A stretch of DNA of 64,000 bases from Octopus vulgaris (taxonomy: Eukaryota), in the NCBI GenBank assembly GCA_951406725.2, contig OX597827.1, forward strand, positions 33,356,001 through 33,420,000, in the 5' to 3' direction. The notes beneath the pieces are model-generated. The model was not told the origin of the DNA. It saw only the letters and a program-made list of their open reading frames with translations, and ran no database searches. Below are positions 26,045 through 43,989 of the stretch, in pieces. Position numbers and translations under genes: made by a program. Every line of letters starts with the position of its first letter. The stretch's first letter is position 1.

Positions 26045-26789
26045 TGTGTGTGTATGTAAATATATCAGAAAAATAAGAAAATAAGTAGAATCATTATATA
26101 TATATATATATAAAAAAAGAAAAATAAGAAAATAGAGATGAATCAATCAATAATTATATTGAAACAAATTCAGTTTGTTCATCAACTTACGGATATTATA
26201 ATGTTAGATTATTTATTCATTTACAAATAAGAACATCAAAAGCATACAAAATATTATATAAATCAATAGATAATATAATAATACAAATACAGTTTTTAAA
26301 AGTCATATCCTATAGTGGGTTAAACCCATAACCCTTATCTTACTTTATATATATATTAAAAAAACAGAGAAGACCCTCAATGCATCAGAATGTCTTGTAG
26401 TTTATTGAAATTAAGCAATATCTTATTTCTGTATATAGTTCTTATATGAAGTTGTTCTTGTTTTATGCTTAAGATATAAATAACATCTTTTATTAAGTTT
26501 GGCACATTTTTACATTTATGTCAATTGAGATTTTGAGAAAGTATTTCCTTTATTTATTTTTGATTCTGTGATATTGTTTTATTTCAGTGATTGCCTTCCA
26601 CTCTGTTGTGATAAAATGTATTTGATTAAAATATGTTATGTATAGGCATTCTTTGTTGTTACTCATATTATTTTGTTTTCTCATTTCATAAGGCAAAAGC
26701 TTGTCTGTGTGATTAAACAAAGCTTTTGTTTGCCAACCATGTGGTTTGGGTTCAGTTCCTCTGTGTGACACCTTGCGCAAGTATATGTT

Positions 26790-27115
26790 GGCCCTCACGG
26801 AGCATGTTCTTCAAATTTTGGGCCTCACCGAGGCAATGACAAGTAACCAAGACCTTTGGCAATATGCTGTACTTGAGGAGACTTCTCAAGCCAAGTGAAA
26901 CTGTAGTCTTTGCCATTGTCATGTAAACGGCACCCGTGCTAGTGGCATGTAAAACCACCCATTACACTCTTGGAGTATTTGGCATTAAGAAGAACATCCA
27001 GCCATAGAAACCATGTCAAATCAGACTGGAACCTGGTGCAGCTTTCTGGCTTACCAGTTCCAGTCAAACCACCTAACCCATGCCAGCATGGAAAGCAAAC
27101 ACTAAATGAAGATAA
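26790..27115 (+). mobile_element. RTE 3' end fragment
   Basis: gggcctcaccgaggcaatgac...aacccatgccagcatggaaagc. Confidence 0.7.
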
Positions 27116-27253
27116 TAAAAACATAAAAAAACATAAAAACTTTCTCACCTTCCTGAGTGTTAAACTAATACACCTGTTTGTTGTTTACACACCTGTCTTC
27201 GTCTTCAGTTTTTTTGTAAATTCCAACTATATATATCTATATCTATATATATA

Positions 27254-28064
27254 CTAGCAGTATTGCCCAGCTTGTGCGCTCATGTGTTTTATGCACGTGC
27301 GAATTAAGCTAAACTTGGATGAAGTTCAATCAAAATTCAATTATTTTGGTTTTAAAATCAAGCATTTAATGCCCTCTATTTTTGCACTTATGTGTTCCAT
27401 TTCCTCAATAGGAAGTACGTAGAAGTGTTTCATAAAGTTTTGTTGATCAAATAATTGCATTGTTGAATTATTCTTTTAGATCAGTATTTCTCAACGGGGA
27501 TTTCAGGGGAGAGTTTCAGGGAGTCGCTGGCGATATATCGTGATGATCAAAAATCCGGCCTGCTAAAATTTGGTTAAAGTGATTCAAACTGCAGACTCAA
27601 CGCGAAATGGTCACATTTAATTCAAAGCGTTAAAAATGTTATGAAAACAATTGGTATATGTTCACAAAGTCCAAACAATTAATACGAAAAAAACCCTCCA
27701 GGCTACAACCCGAAAATTCATTTCTTTGCTGAATTTCTACAATGTTTACGGCGATTCGTTTTTATATCTTGATTTTTTATTTTTCATGCAATTTACACAT
27801 GCTTGCACTCGTGATGAACACAGTTCACGTCAAACAAGTGACTGAGTAAAGTTCACTATTCAATGCATGTGATAAGGCCTAAACAAACACATTATCGATT
27901 TTTGCACTTGCAAGATGAATTTTGGAACAGAAATAGCGCAGTTCAATTTTCATTCACCTAAACTTCAAGTGACCCATTTTTGGTGGTTCTACGATTTGTT
28001 GGCTAGGAGGAGATATGCCAGGAAGTTAAACACACAGACACACACACATACACACAAGTTGAAT

Positions 28065-28070
<6 letters not shown>
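27254..28070 (-). mobile_element. Probable non-autonomous Helitron; partial second copy at 57974-58193
   Basis: ctagcagtattgccc terminus; distal 200 bp (gataaggcctaaacaaacacattatcgatt...cacacaagttga) recur at 57.98-58.19 kb. Confidence 0.6.
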
Positions 28071-31085
<3,015 letters not shown>

Positions 31086-31480
31086 TAAGGAATTCAAACT
31101 CCCCTTTTTTTATATGTTTGTGATCCAGAAACACCGTGTTCGCTATTAACGGTAAGTGACTGAATTCGTATATTTGCCACTCCGGTTTTGTGTATGTGAG
31201 CCGCAAGGGCCTTCGTTTTTGGAATCTCCACTTATAGAAATGGAAAAAACGGTCTTTGACTGCCATTTCTAATTCCTTCGGTATGAGGTGAAACAGCTCG
31301 CTGCTAGCCAACTTATTTTTCTTTACTATATACTGAACCTTACAAAGGTCTTGACAATTATTTTGTCGTATTTACATACCGAAATTTACCGGTAAATAAT
31401 TGTTGGTTACATGAAAAACCACAGGAAAATTATTTACCATTTTTATTGTATGCATATATATATGTATATATATATATATG

Positions 31481-31510
<30 letters not shown>

Positions 31511-31511
<1 letters not shown>

Positions 31512-32533
31512 GAGAGCCACGATCACAAGTTATGCAGATGATACAAAAGTTTCACAGGCAATACAGAACCCTGAGGACACTAAGCACCTGCAATGTGAGC
31601 TGGACGAAATATACAAGTGGGCTGAAAAGAATAGCATGCAGTTCAATGCTGAAAAGTTTCAAGCTTTATACTATCAGCATGCAAAACTGAATGCAATACC
31701 CAATGAATACACTGGACCCGGAGGGATTGCAATCCCAGAGGCACAATCTGTGCGTGACCTGGGTATTCACATGAGTGATGACGCGACCTTTCATGTACAT
31801 GTTGCTAAACTGACAATGAAATGTAGACGGCTGGCTGGCTGGATTCTTAGAACCTCTAGAACAAGAGAACAAGAAACCATGATGGTCCTCTGTAAGACAC
31901 TTGTCCTAAGCCACTTTGACTATTGCTCTCAGCTATGGTCACCATCCAGTGTCAAGTCGATCACAGAACTTGAGGCAATCCAACGAAGCTACACGAAGAA
32001 GATAGCCTCTGTGCAGCATATGAGCTACTGGGAGAGACTCAAGAGATTAAAGCTCTATTCCCTGGAGCGTAGACGAGAAAGATATGCCATAATATATATC
32101 TGGAAGATCCTGGAAGATCTTGTCCCAGACTTTGGCATCGAGAGTCACACAAATGCCAGAACCGGACGCCACTGCGTAGTACCAAGGACTCCAAATTTGC
32201 CATCAAGATGTAGGACAAGATATTGTGATAGCCTGGGCTTCAGAGGCCCACGGCTCTTCAATATCCTCCCGAAGAACCTGAGGGACCTGCATGGTGTAGA
32301 TGCGGATGTCTTTAAAGTAGGACTGGATCTCTTCCTGTCAGGTGTCCCGGATGAACCAACTTCACGGCAGGAGGTGCAGATGAGGGCAGCTGCATCGAAC
32401 TCTCTCATGCATCAGATGGCGTTTGCTAAAAAGCATCCGTGAGGTAAAACCGTGTAGCAAACCAAATGGCGGTGCCCCAGCATGGCCACAGCTCATTAGC
32501 TGAAACTGGAAAAATCAAAATCAAAATCAAATC
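31511..32533 (+). mobile_element. 5'-truncated CR1-like LINE 3' part (RT from YADD onward, 3'UTR, (AAAATC)n tail)
   Basis: Open frame [13 protein letters not shown]...LERRRERY...[11 protein letters not shown] to stop 32442; flanked by (TA)n on both sides. Confidence 0.92.
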
Positions 32534-32568
32534 ATATATATGTATATATATATATGCATATATATATG

Positions 32569-32652
<84 letters not shown>

Positions 32653-32688
32653 ATATATTTATGTATATATATATATGTATATGTATAT

Positions 32689-32756
<68 letters not shown>

Positions 32757-32757
32757 G

Positions 32758-32792
<35 letters not shown>

Positions 32793-32815
32793 GTATATAT
32801 ATATATGTATATATA

Positions 32816-32946
<131 letters not shown>

Positions 32947-32959
32947 ATATATATATGTG

Positions 32960-33006
<47 letters not shown>

Positions 33007-33051
33007 GTAAATATATATATATATACGTATATATATATATGTAAATATATT

Positions 33052-33472
33052 ACTCTTACTCTTACTCTTTACTCTTTACTTGTTTCAGTCATTTGACTGC
33101 GGCCATGCTGGAGCACCGCCTTTAGTCGAGCATATCGACCCCAGGACTTATTCTTTGTAAGCCCAGTACTTATTCTATCGGTCTCTTTTTGCCGAACCGC
33201 TAAGTGACGGGGACGTAAACACACAAGCATCGGTTGTCAAGCAATGCTAGGGGGACAAACGCAGACACACAAACATACACACACACATATAAATATACAT
33301 ACTTATATACGACGGGCTTCTTTCAGTTTCCGTCTACCAAATCCACTCACAAGGCATTGGTCGGCCCGGAGCTATAGCAGAAGACACTTGCCCAAGATGC
33401 CACACAGTGGGACTGAACCCGGAACCATGTGGTTGGTAAACAAGCTACTTACCACACAGCCACTCCTGCGCC
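33052..33472 (-). mobile_element. SINE family 1 copy, little diverged, in TA tract
   Basis: Intact head and (TACTCT)n tail on +. Confidence 0.88.
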
Positions 33473-33651
33473 ATATATATATATATGTATATATATATAT
33501 ATGTGTGTATATATATATGTGTATATATATATATGTGTATATATATATGTGTATATATATATATGTGTATATATATATGTGTATATATATATGTGTATAT
33601 ATATATGTGTATATATATATGTATATATATATATGTATATATATATGTATG

Positions 33652-33704
<53 letters not shown>

Positions 33705-33967
33705 GTGTGTATGTATGTATATATATATATGTGTGTGTATATATGTATGTATATATATACACACAAACATATATGTATACACATGTATATATATATGTAT
33801 ATCTTTACTACACTCTGAGAGCGGTTGGCATTAGGAAGGACATCAGATTGGAATTTGGTGCAGACCCCTGACTTACCATTTTTCAATTAAACCATCAAAC
33901 TCATGCCAGCATGGAAAGCAGACGTTAAATGATGGTGAGGATATATATATATATATACATATATATT

Positions 33968-35384
<1,417 letters not shown>

Positions 35385-35502
35385 TCAGCATGAACCACAT
35401 ATATTTCACAGGAGACCTATATGCACCTTATGGTACCTTACTTACTGTGGTTAACCCCGAATCAACCCGGGACCTACATATATATATATATATATATATA
35501 TA

Positions 35503-36214
35503 CTTTGATACTTTGATACTTTGATAGGTTTCGGCCATTATTGGCCCAGGCCATGTCTAACTTAATAGCACCACCTGGTGAAGTCTTTCAAGTCAGAATT
35601 TGGGCACTATGGCCCACTCAAGTAGAGAGTTATTGTTTACAGAGACATATCCGGGTGTAGGGGGTTTATCCGGGATTTCTTGAAGGAATCTGTCCAAAGA
35701 CTTCTTGAACCCTATAGGGTCAGTTTCTGTTTTAATGTGTTTTGGTGTAATGTTAGAGAGCGGGGCCAATTGAGGTGAAATAATTGTGCCGTATTGTTGT
35801 TATGAGATGAGAGTGCGATTTTTGTTTTGGGCGGATGGCACGGGGCCCAAGCCTTGGATGTACCTTAAAGGTGATGCCAACATCATTTGGGCAATGCTGA
35901 TGGAATATTTTCCACATTATGCAGATGATGTAGCGCTCACGACGACGTTGGAGAGAATAGAGTTTTAGCCTTTCCAGTCGACCCCAATAGTCGAGGCCTG
36001 TCATGCCATCTATCTTTTTTGTGATTGCCCTTTGAGGTGCTTCAACTTTTATGATACCTTGTATTGTGTGGGGAGACCACAGTGGACAACAGTATTCAAG
36101 GTGGGGTCGGGCAAAAGTGGAGAAGAGAAGGATAATGGTGTGGATATCTCTCGACTGGAAAGTTCTGAGAATCCAGGAACACATTCTGCGGGGAATCCAG
36201 GAACACATTCTGCG
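35503..36214 (-). mobile_element. CR1-like LINE 3' part (different subfamily) with (TATCAAAG)n tail
   Basis: [11 protein letters not shown]...[14 protein letters not shown]...[13 protein letters not shown]; flanked by (TA)n. Confidence 0.88.
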
Positions 36215-36220
36215 TGTATA

Positions 36221-36352
<132 letters not shown>

Positions 36353-36360
36353 CATACATA

Positions 36361-38013
36361 TCATCATCATCATCATCATCGTTTAGCGTCCGCTTTCCAT
36401 GCTAGCATGGGTTGGACGGGTCAACTGGGGTCTGTGAAGCTGGAAGGCTTCGTCAGGCCCAGTCAGATCTGGCAGTGTTTCTACGGCTGGATGCCCTTCC
36501 TAACGCCAACCACTCCGCGAGTGTAGTGGGTGTTTTTTACGTGCCACCTGCACAGGTGCCAGACAGAGCTGGCGAACGGCCACAAACGGATGGTGCTTTT
36601 ACGTGTCACCGGCACGGGGCCAGGCGATGCTGGCAACAGACACGAACGGATGGTGCTTTTACGTGCCACCGACACGGGGCCAGACAGAGCTGGCAAACGG
36701 CCACGAACGGACGGTGCTTTTACGTGTCACCGGCACGGGGGCCAGCCGAGGCTGGCAACGGACACGAACGGATGGTGCTTTTACGTGCCACCGACACGGG
36801 GACCAGACAGAGCTGGCAAGCGGCTGGCACGGACCGAACGGATGGTGCTTTTACGTGCCACCGACACGGGGCCGACAGAGCTGGCAAACGGCCACGGACG
36901 GATGGTGCTTTTACGTGCCACCGACACGGGGCCAGGCAGAGCTGGCAAACGGCCACGAACGGACGGTGCTTTTACGTGTCACCGGCATGGGGCCAGGCGA
37001 AGCTGGCAACGAACACGAACGGATGGTGCTTTTACGTGCCACCGACACGGGGCCAGGCAGAGCTGGCAAACGGCCACGAGCGAATGGTGCTTTTTACGTA
37101 TCACCGGCACGGGTGCCAGATGAGGCTGACAGCGAACACGAACGGATGGGTCACTTAACCCCTGCTTTCTGATATATGATTTAATTTTGATTGTTCTCAC
37201 TGGTCTTGCCGGGTCTTCTCACGCACAGCATACTTCCATAGGTCTCGGTCTCTGGTCATTTCCTTGGTGAGACCTAGAGTTCGAAGGTCGTGCTTCACCA
37301 CCTCGACCCAGGTTTTCCTGGGTCTACCTCTTCCACAGGTCCCCTCAACTGCCAGGGTGTGGCACTTTTTCACACACCTATCTTCGTCCATTCTCACCAC
37401 ATGACCATACCAGCGCAATCGTCTCTCTTGCACACAACATCTGATTCCTCTTAGGTCCAACTTTTCTCTCAAGGTACTTACACTCTGTCGACTATGAGCA
37501 CTGACATTACACATCCAACGGAGCATACTGGCTTCGTTTCTCGCGAGCTTACGCATGTCCTCAGCAGTCACGGCCCATGTTTCACTGCCATGTAGCATGG
37601 CTGTTCGTACACATGCATCATACAGTCTGCCTTTTACTCTGAGCGAGAGGCCTTTAGTCACCAACAGAGGTAAGAGCTCCCTAAACTTTGCCCAGGCTAT
37701 TCTTACTCTAGCCGTTACACTTTCAGCACACCCACCCCCACTACTGACTTGGTCACCAAGATAACGGAAGCTATCAACTACTTCTAGTTTTTCCCCCTGG
37801 AAAATGACGGAAGTTGTTTTCTGCAGATTTTCAGAGATTAATGCTCCCGGGCATCTGCCACATACAAAAACCATCTTCCTAGTTAGCCTTCCTATGACAT
37901 TGCTGCACCTCTTATGTGTCCATAGCTTACACTTGGTGCATCTTATAGAGTTTCTACCTACACCTTTTCTACAGATTGAGCAGGGCCATCTACCTGAAGG
38001 GGTGGGGGGGGTC
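36361..38013 (-). mobile_element. 5'-truncated RTE-clade LINE: open ORF C-terminus (37197-38013), 3'UTR with tandem 60-bp units, (GAT)n tail
   Basis: WPCSICRKGVGRNSIRCTKCKLWTHKRC, FRYLGD, RVRIAWAKF, MLHGSETW, RLRWYGHVVRM, GRGRPRKTW typical of RTE ORF ends; tail reads catcatcat on +. Confidence 0.9.
36529..37150. repeat. About 10 x 60-bp tandem repeat in the RTE 3'UTR, two alternating unit types
   Basis: Anchor gatggtgcttttacgtg recurs at about 36589, 36649, 36710, 36771, 36841, 36901, 36962, 37022, 37083. Confidence 0.92.
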
Positions 38014-39637
38014 GACCCCAAACTAGCAAGAGGATTCTGTTAATCGTGATAGCAAGAAAGTAGGTTTGAAAGTATCAGAGAAGTCAATTTTTAGGGGAGA
38101 CGATGAGTGGCTATGAAACGGGAGCAAATAGGGAGACGAGACAAGACTAAACGAAAAACATTACATGAATGGTATGTTGAAAACTGAAAGAAAATATGAA
38201 TAGAGGGTACTGAAAGGGAAATATGAGGGATAAATTGAAGGAAACTGAAAGAATAGTGATTATACGTGCAGAGGGTAGTAGGAAGCGAGGTTGAAAGAAG
38301 AAATCTTAACTTTTAGCCGTTCATGAGCTGTGCATTCGTAGTGGAGTTGAAAGCGAGTGGCCTTAGCAATTTGCGGTCGCTAGATTATATATGGCGATGG
38401 TGGTTATCGAAGACGGGGGCATATAGAAGACATAGGGAGAGGGACAGGGTTAGTTGGGGAGGAGGGGGGAGAAATGGTCAAGGAACACATGTGTGGAAGC
38501 TGTGCGATGGGTTCTGACTGGCATAGTGGAACAAGACGAAAGTGTCGATAATATTTATTATTTGATAATTAAGATAGGCTTGGAGAGAAAGAGGTAAAAT
38601 CTAGAATCTGAGTTCGTCAGGAAGTCTTAACTGGACCCCAAACTAGCAAGAGGATTCTGTTAATCGTGATAGCAAGAAAGTAGGTTTGAAAGTATCAGAG
38701 AAGTCAATTTTTAGGGGAGACGATGAGTGGCTATGAAACGGGAGCAAATAGGGAGACGAGACAAGACTAAACGAAAAACATTACATGAATGGTATGTTGA
38801 AAACTGAAAGAAAATATGAATAGAGGGTACTGAAAGGGAAATATGAGAGATAAATTGAAGGAAACTGAAAGAATAGTGATTATACGTGCAGAGGGTAGTA
38901 GGAAGCGAGGTTGAAAGAAGAAATCTTAACTTTTAGCCGTTCATGAGCTGTGCATTCGTAGTGGAGTTGAAAGCGAGTGGCCTTAGCAATTTGCGGTCGC
39001 TAGATTATATATGGCGATGGTGGTTATCGAAGACGGGGGCATATAGAAGACATAGGGAGAGGGACAGGGTTAGTTGGGGAGGAGGGGGGAGAAATGGTCA
39101 AGGAACACATGTGTGGAAGCTGTGCGATGGGTTCTGACTGGCATAGTGGAACAAGACGAAAGTGTCGATAATATTTATTATTTGATAATTAAGATAGGCT
39201 TGGAGAGAAAGAGGTAAAATCTAGAATCTGAGTTCGTCAGGAAGTCTTAACTGGACCCCAAACTAGCAAGAGGATTCTGTTAATCGTGATAGCAAGAAAG
39301 TAGGTTTGAAAGTATCAGAGAAGTCAATTTTTAGGGGAGACGATGAGTGGCTATGAAACGGGAGCAAATAGGAGACGAGACAAGACTAAACGAAAAACAT
39401 TACATGAATGGTATGTTGAAAACTGAAAGAAAATATGAATAGAGGGTACTGAAAGGGAAATATGAGAGAGAAATTGAAGGAAACTGAAAGAATAGTGATT
39501 ATACGTGCAGAGGGTAGTAGGAAGCGAGGTTGAAAGAAGAAATCTTAACTTTTAGCCGTTCATGAGCTGTGCATTCGTAGTGGAGTTGAAAGCGAGTGGG
39601 CTTAGCGATTTGCGGTCGCTAGATTATATATGGCGAT
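38014..39637. repeat. 620-bp tandem repeat, about 2.6 nearly identical copies, non-coding
   Basis: Unit starts gaccccaaactagcaagagg at 38014, 38634 and 39254; only a few substitutions/indels between copies. Confidence 0.95.
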
Positions 39638-39759
39638 ACATATATATATATATACATACATATATATATATATGCATACATATATATATATACATACATA
39701 TATATATATACATACATATATATATACATACATATATATATACATACATATATATATAC

Positions 39760-39818
<59 letters not shown>

Positions 39819-39933
39819 ATATACATATATATATATATATACATATATATATACATACATATATATATACATATATATACATACATATATATATACATAC
39901 ATATATATATACATACATATATATATATAATAC

Positions 39934-39994
<61 letters not shown>

Positions 39995-39999
39995 CATAC

Positions 40000-40084
<85 letters not shown>

Positions 40085-40092
40085 CATATATG

Positions 40093-40416
40093 TGTCTCTC
40101 CACACCGGACATAAACATGAAACACAAACACTTCCTGTCCATAATACAAGCCATATGTGACAAATATGTCCCAGTGTGCAGGGCCAGCACACACAAGAAC
40201 AAAAACAGGATCCCTAGAGAAAAGGAGGATTCTTATGAGACGACGGACAAGGATTGCAAACCGCCTGAGCAAGCACACCAAAAGTGGTGAGAAGTCTCGG
40301 CTCGAAAGAATGCTAATGGAAACTGAGAAAAGTCTACATCAGTCCCATGAAAAGGAGAGAGCAGATAAAGAAGCTTGGGTAATAGAAAATATAAAATCAA
40401 ACCCTAAAGCTTTCTG
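40093..40416 (+). mobile_element. Internal CR1-like LINE fragment (endonuclease-RT linker)
   Basis: [10 protein letters not shown]...ICDKYVP and [20 protein letters not shown] match 49130-49445; flanked by (TA)n. Confidence 0.8.
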
Positions 40417-40524
40417 ATAACCTGGTCGGTCACGGTGATCACGGTAATATATATATATGTATATGTATGTATATATATATATATATATATATACATATAT
40501 ATGTATGTATATATATATATGTAA

Positions 40525-40638
<114 letters not shown>

Positions 40639-40639
40639 C

Positions 40640-40711
<72 letters not shown>

Positions 40712-40832
40712 GTATATATATATATGTATATATATATGTATATATATATATGTGTGTATATATATATACATGTGTATATATATATGTGTGTGTATATATA
40801 TATATGTGTGTATATATATATACACATATATA

Positions 40833-41208
40833 CTAGCAGTATCGCCCGGCGTTGCTCGGGTTTGTAAGGGAAATAACTATAAAGCATTTTTTAGAGAGTT
40901 ATAGCCAAAAAATAGCAAAAAAATGATGGTAATTTTTTTTAAAAATCGTTGACTCATCGTAGACATTTTTAGAGAGTTACTTCCCTTATATAATAGCGAA
41001 AAAATGCATTAAAATGGAAAAAGAATATGGTAAATTATTTTTAAAATCGTAGACTCATCGTAGACGCGCGCTAATACCCAGAAGGGCTCGATATGAATCA
41101 CGACTATAAGATACCCGGTTTTGGTTAAACTGCACCGCAAAATGTGGGAGTAGTTAGGAATCTAAATCGTAGGAGACAGACACACAACTTCACTTTTATA
41201 TATAAAGA
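40833..41208 (-). mobile_element. Non-autonomous Helitron (shared 3' end, different 5' body)
   Basis: ctagcagtatcgcccggcgttgctcggg terminus with hairpin; TC start on - strand at 41208. Confidence 0.78.
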
Positions 41209-41216
41209 TATATGTG

Positions 41217-41311
<95 letters not shown>

Positions 41312-41312
<1 letters not shown>

Positions 41313-41669
41313 TAGCAGTATCGCCCGGCGTTGCTCAGGTTTGTAAGGGAAATAACTATAAAGCATTTTTAGAGAGTTATAGCCAAAAAATAGCAAAAAA
41401 AATTATGGTAAATTTTTTTTGAGAGTTAAAAAAGGTTGAGTTGCGTCCCCTAGACAGTTTGTGGTTCGTGTTTCTGATTCTCGACCCCATGTCGAATTTA
41501 TCGATTTTTTTCAGAACTGGGGGAACTTTTCAAAATTTTGGCTGCGTTAGTTTTGAATTATGACATTGGGCTATGTGTGTGTCAAGTTTCATCAGAATCG
41601 GTTGAAAGCCGTGGCCAGAGTGAGGGTACGAGAAAACAGACACACAGAAACACGCACAGACAAACTGCC

Positions 41670-41675
<6 letters not shown>
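41312..41675 (-). mobile_element. Non-autonomous Helitron (same subfamily as 51268-51649)
   Basis: ctagcagtatcgcccggcgttgctcagg terminus; body is the reverse complement of the 51.3-51.6 kb copy. Confidence 0.8.
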
Positions 41676-41732
<57 letters not shown>

Positions 41733-42372
41733 GTGACCCCCTTCGGTCAGACACTGACCATGGCTTTGCACCTAGAGAGTTACCCTCTGAGGCACAAGTC
41801 TGGGCAAGGTTGTTTTATGGAAGGCCAGCAGTCGCCCATGCATACCAGCCTTCCCTCTCCACGCCACCAGTGTTATCCAAGGGAAAGGCCGATATAGCTT
41901 GGCACCCGTGATTGTCAAAAGTAACATGTAGAAGTTTGGTTGCGTTAATTATTGGTTGTTACAAAATGCTACATTACATATATACAGTCTTCGGTAACAA
42001 GGACATGTTAAGGACATAAAAAAGTTTAACAAGTTCCTTAAAATATTGGGCACAAAAGATTACAACATAAATAATCATTCTCAAGAGCATGTTAAAGATA
42101 GTTTCCAGAAGGAATTATTAAAAAGTTCAGTGGGATATTGGTATTGTATCTGTATATTCAAACATGCACAGAATATTGCTTGACACAGAGTACTTATTTT
42201 GTATTATGAATTTGTGGTAAAACATTTTACCTTCGCCCATATAATACAATAAATGAATTAATTGCATCGCAATTCTTAACATTTATGTATTAACTTTGTT
42301 GAGTGCTTTACTGGCAGTATATTGGATATTGTTATCCCATGGTGAGTTGTACTCACAACCCCTATCTTAATT

Positions 42373-42414
<42 letters not shown>

Positions 42415-42914
42415 CTCTGTGATAAAAAAACAAATAGGTTTGCATAAATCGACGAAATAATCGGCGAAAACTGATAAAAAACGTAGAACTTGCTAACTCA
42501 TAGCGGTCTACTAGTACATATTAGTTAAAAACCGTAATATATTTCGCTCCAAGCCAAATATAATACACAAAAGTTAATTACGCACGCCAGATTTCCCGTC
42601 GAAAAAAGCACGTGGTGACATCTCTTAAGTTTATTTCCAATCGACTGTAACAAGCAAAAAGAACCGTTTTCTATTCTTTTTTGAAAGAAAACCTCTTCGT
42701 ATAGGGAGACGATTTTGGGACTTCTACCTCTTATAAGATTAGTACCCCTTTTCATTTGTTTAATTTCCCGTAATTCAATGTAAGGACCTATTCTCTGTTT
42801 ACATTCTGTTAATAATCTTTCAATTTCTGCTTCAGCTCCGTTTTTGTCAATTTCTCAATACATCTCTTTAAAATTATTCAATTTTGGATAGGCATATATT
42901 TATTTGTTGCTTTA

Positions 42915-42967
<53 letters not shown>

Positions 42968-43989
42968 TCAGCCCCTCAATCTCCCTAAATATATAGACAC
43001 GAACATTAGAAGTATAGTCGCAATTAGTTTAGAAGAAAACATTTGTAGCTACGGACAGGTATATATTTATAATTTACATTCTGTTAATAATCTTTCAATT
43101 TCTGTTTCAGCTTCGTTTTTGTCATTTTCTCACTATATCTCATAATTATTCAACTTTAGATAGGTGTATATTTATTTGTTGCTTTATTTATATATATATA
43201 TATATTTTCTCTATTTTTTCTCAGCCTCTCAATCTTCCTAAATATATAGACGCGAACATTAGAAATATAGTCGTAATTAGTTCAGAAGAAAATTCTCGTA
43301 GAACTTTCGTAGCTGCAGATAGATATATATTTATTTGTTGCACAAATATATATTTATTTCTCTCTCTGTCTCTTCACTTCTCTCATAGTTGCGAATAGAT
43401 AGATATTTATAATTAGCTTAGAAGAAAACTTCGTAGCGGCAGATAGATATATATTTATTTGTTGCATAACCTCCCCTCTTTCTTTTCTTTCTCTCTCTGT
43501 CTCTTCACTTCTCTCTATCACACCATCTTTCTTCTCTCAGCCGCTCAATCTTTTGCATCACTTCCCCTCTTTCATCTCTTTCTCTATCACACCATCTTTC
43601 TTCTCTCAGCCTCTCAATCTTCCTAAATATATAGACTCTCTCTCACTTTCATCTTATCTTCTCTCAGCCGCTCAATCTTTTGCATAACCTCTTCTCTTTC
43701 ATTTCTTTCTCTCTCTGTCTCTTCACTTCTCTCCCTCACGCCTCTTTCTCTGTCTCTTCACTTCTCCACTTCTCTCTGTCACACCATCTTTCCTCTCTCA
43801 GCCTCTCAATCTTTCTAAATATATAGACGCGAACTTTCTCCTCTCACTCTCTCTTACTCTCTTCTTATCTTCTCTCAGCTCTCAATCTCTCTAAATACAT
43901 AGACACTTTCTTTCTCTACTTCTTCTCTACCCTCTATCACACTGTTAAATTTTAAATATAATTAGATAGATATATAAATAAAATATCCA

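Noticed and set aside
36529-37150. CRISPR-like repeat/spacer appearance
   Set aside because: The spacers are homologous to one another, there are no cas genes, the DNA is eukaryotic, and the array is part of an RTE 3'UTR.
36412-37172. Overlapping 190-250-aa ORFs on +
   Set aside because: By-product of a GC-rich tandem repeat, antisense to the RTE.
38610-38640. Hammerhead core CUGACGA on - strand of the 620-bp unit
   Set aside because: No stem II plus GAAA follows; the fold could not be built.
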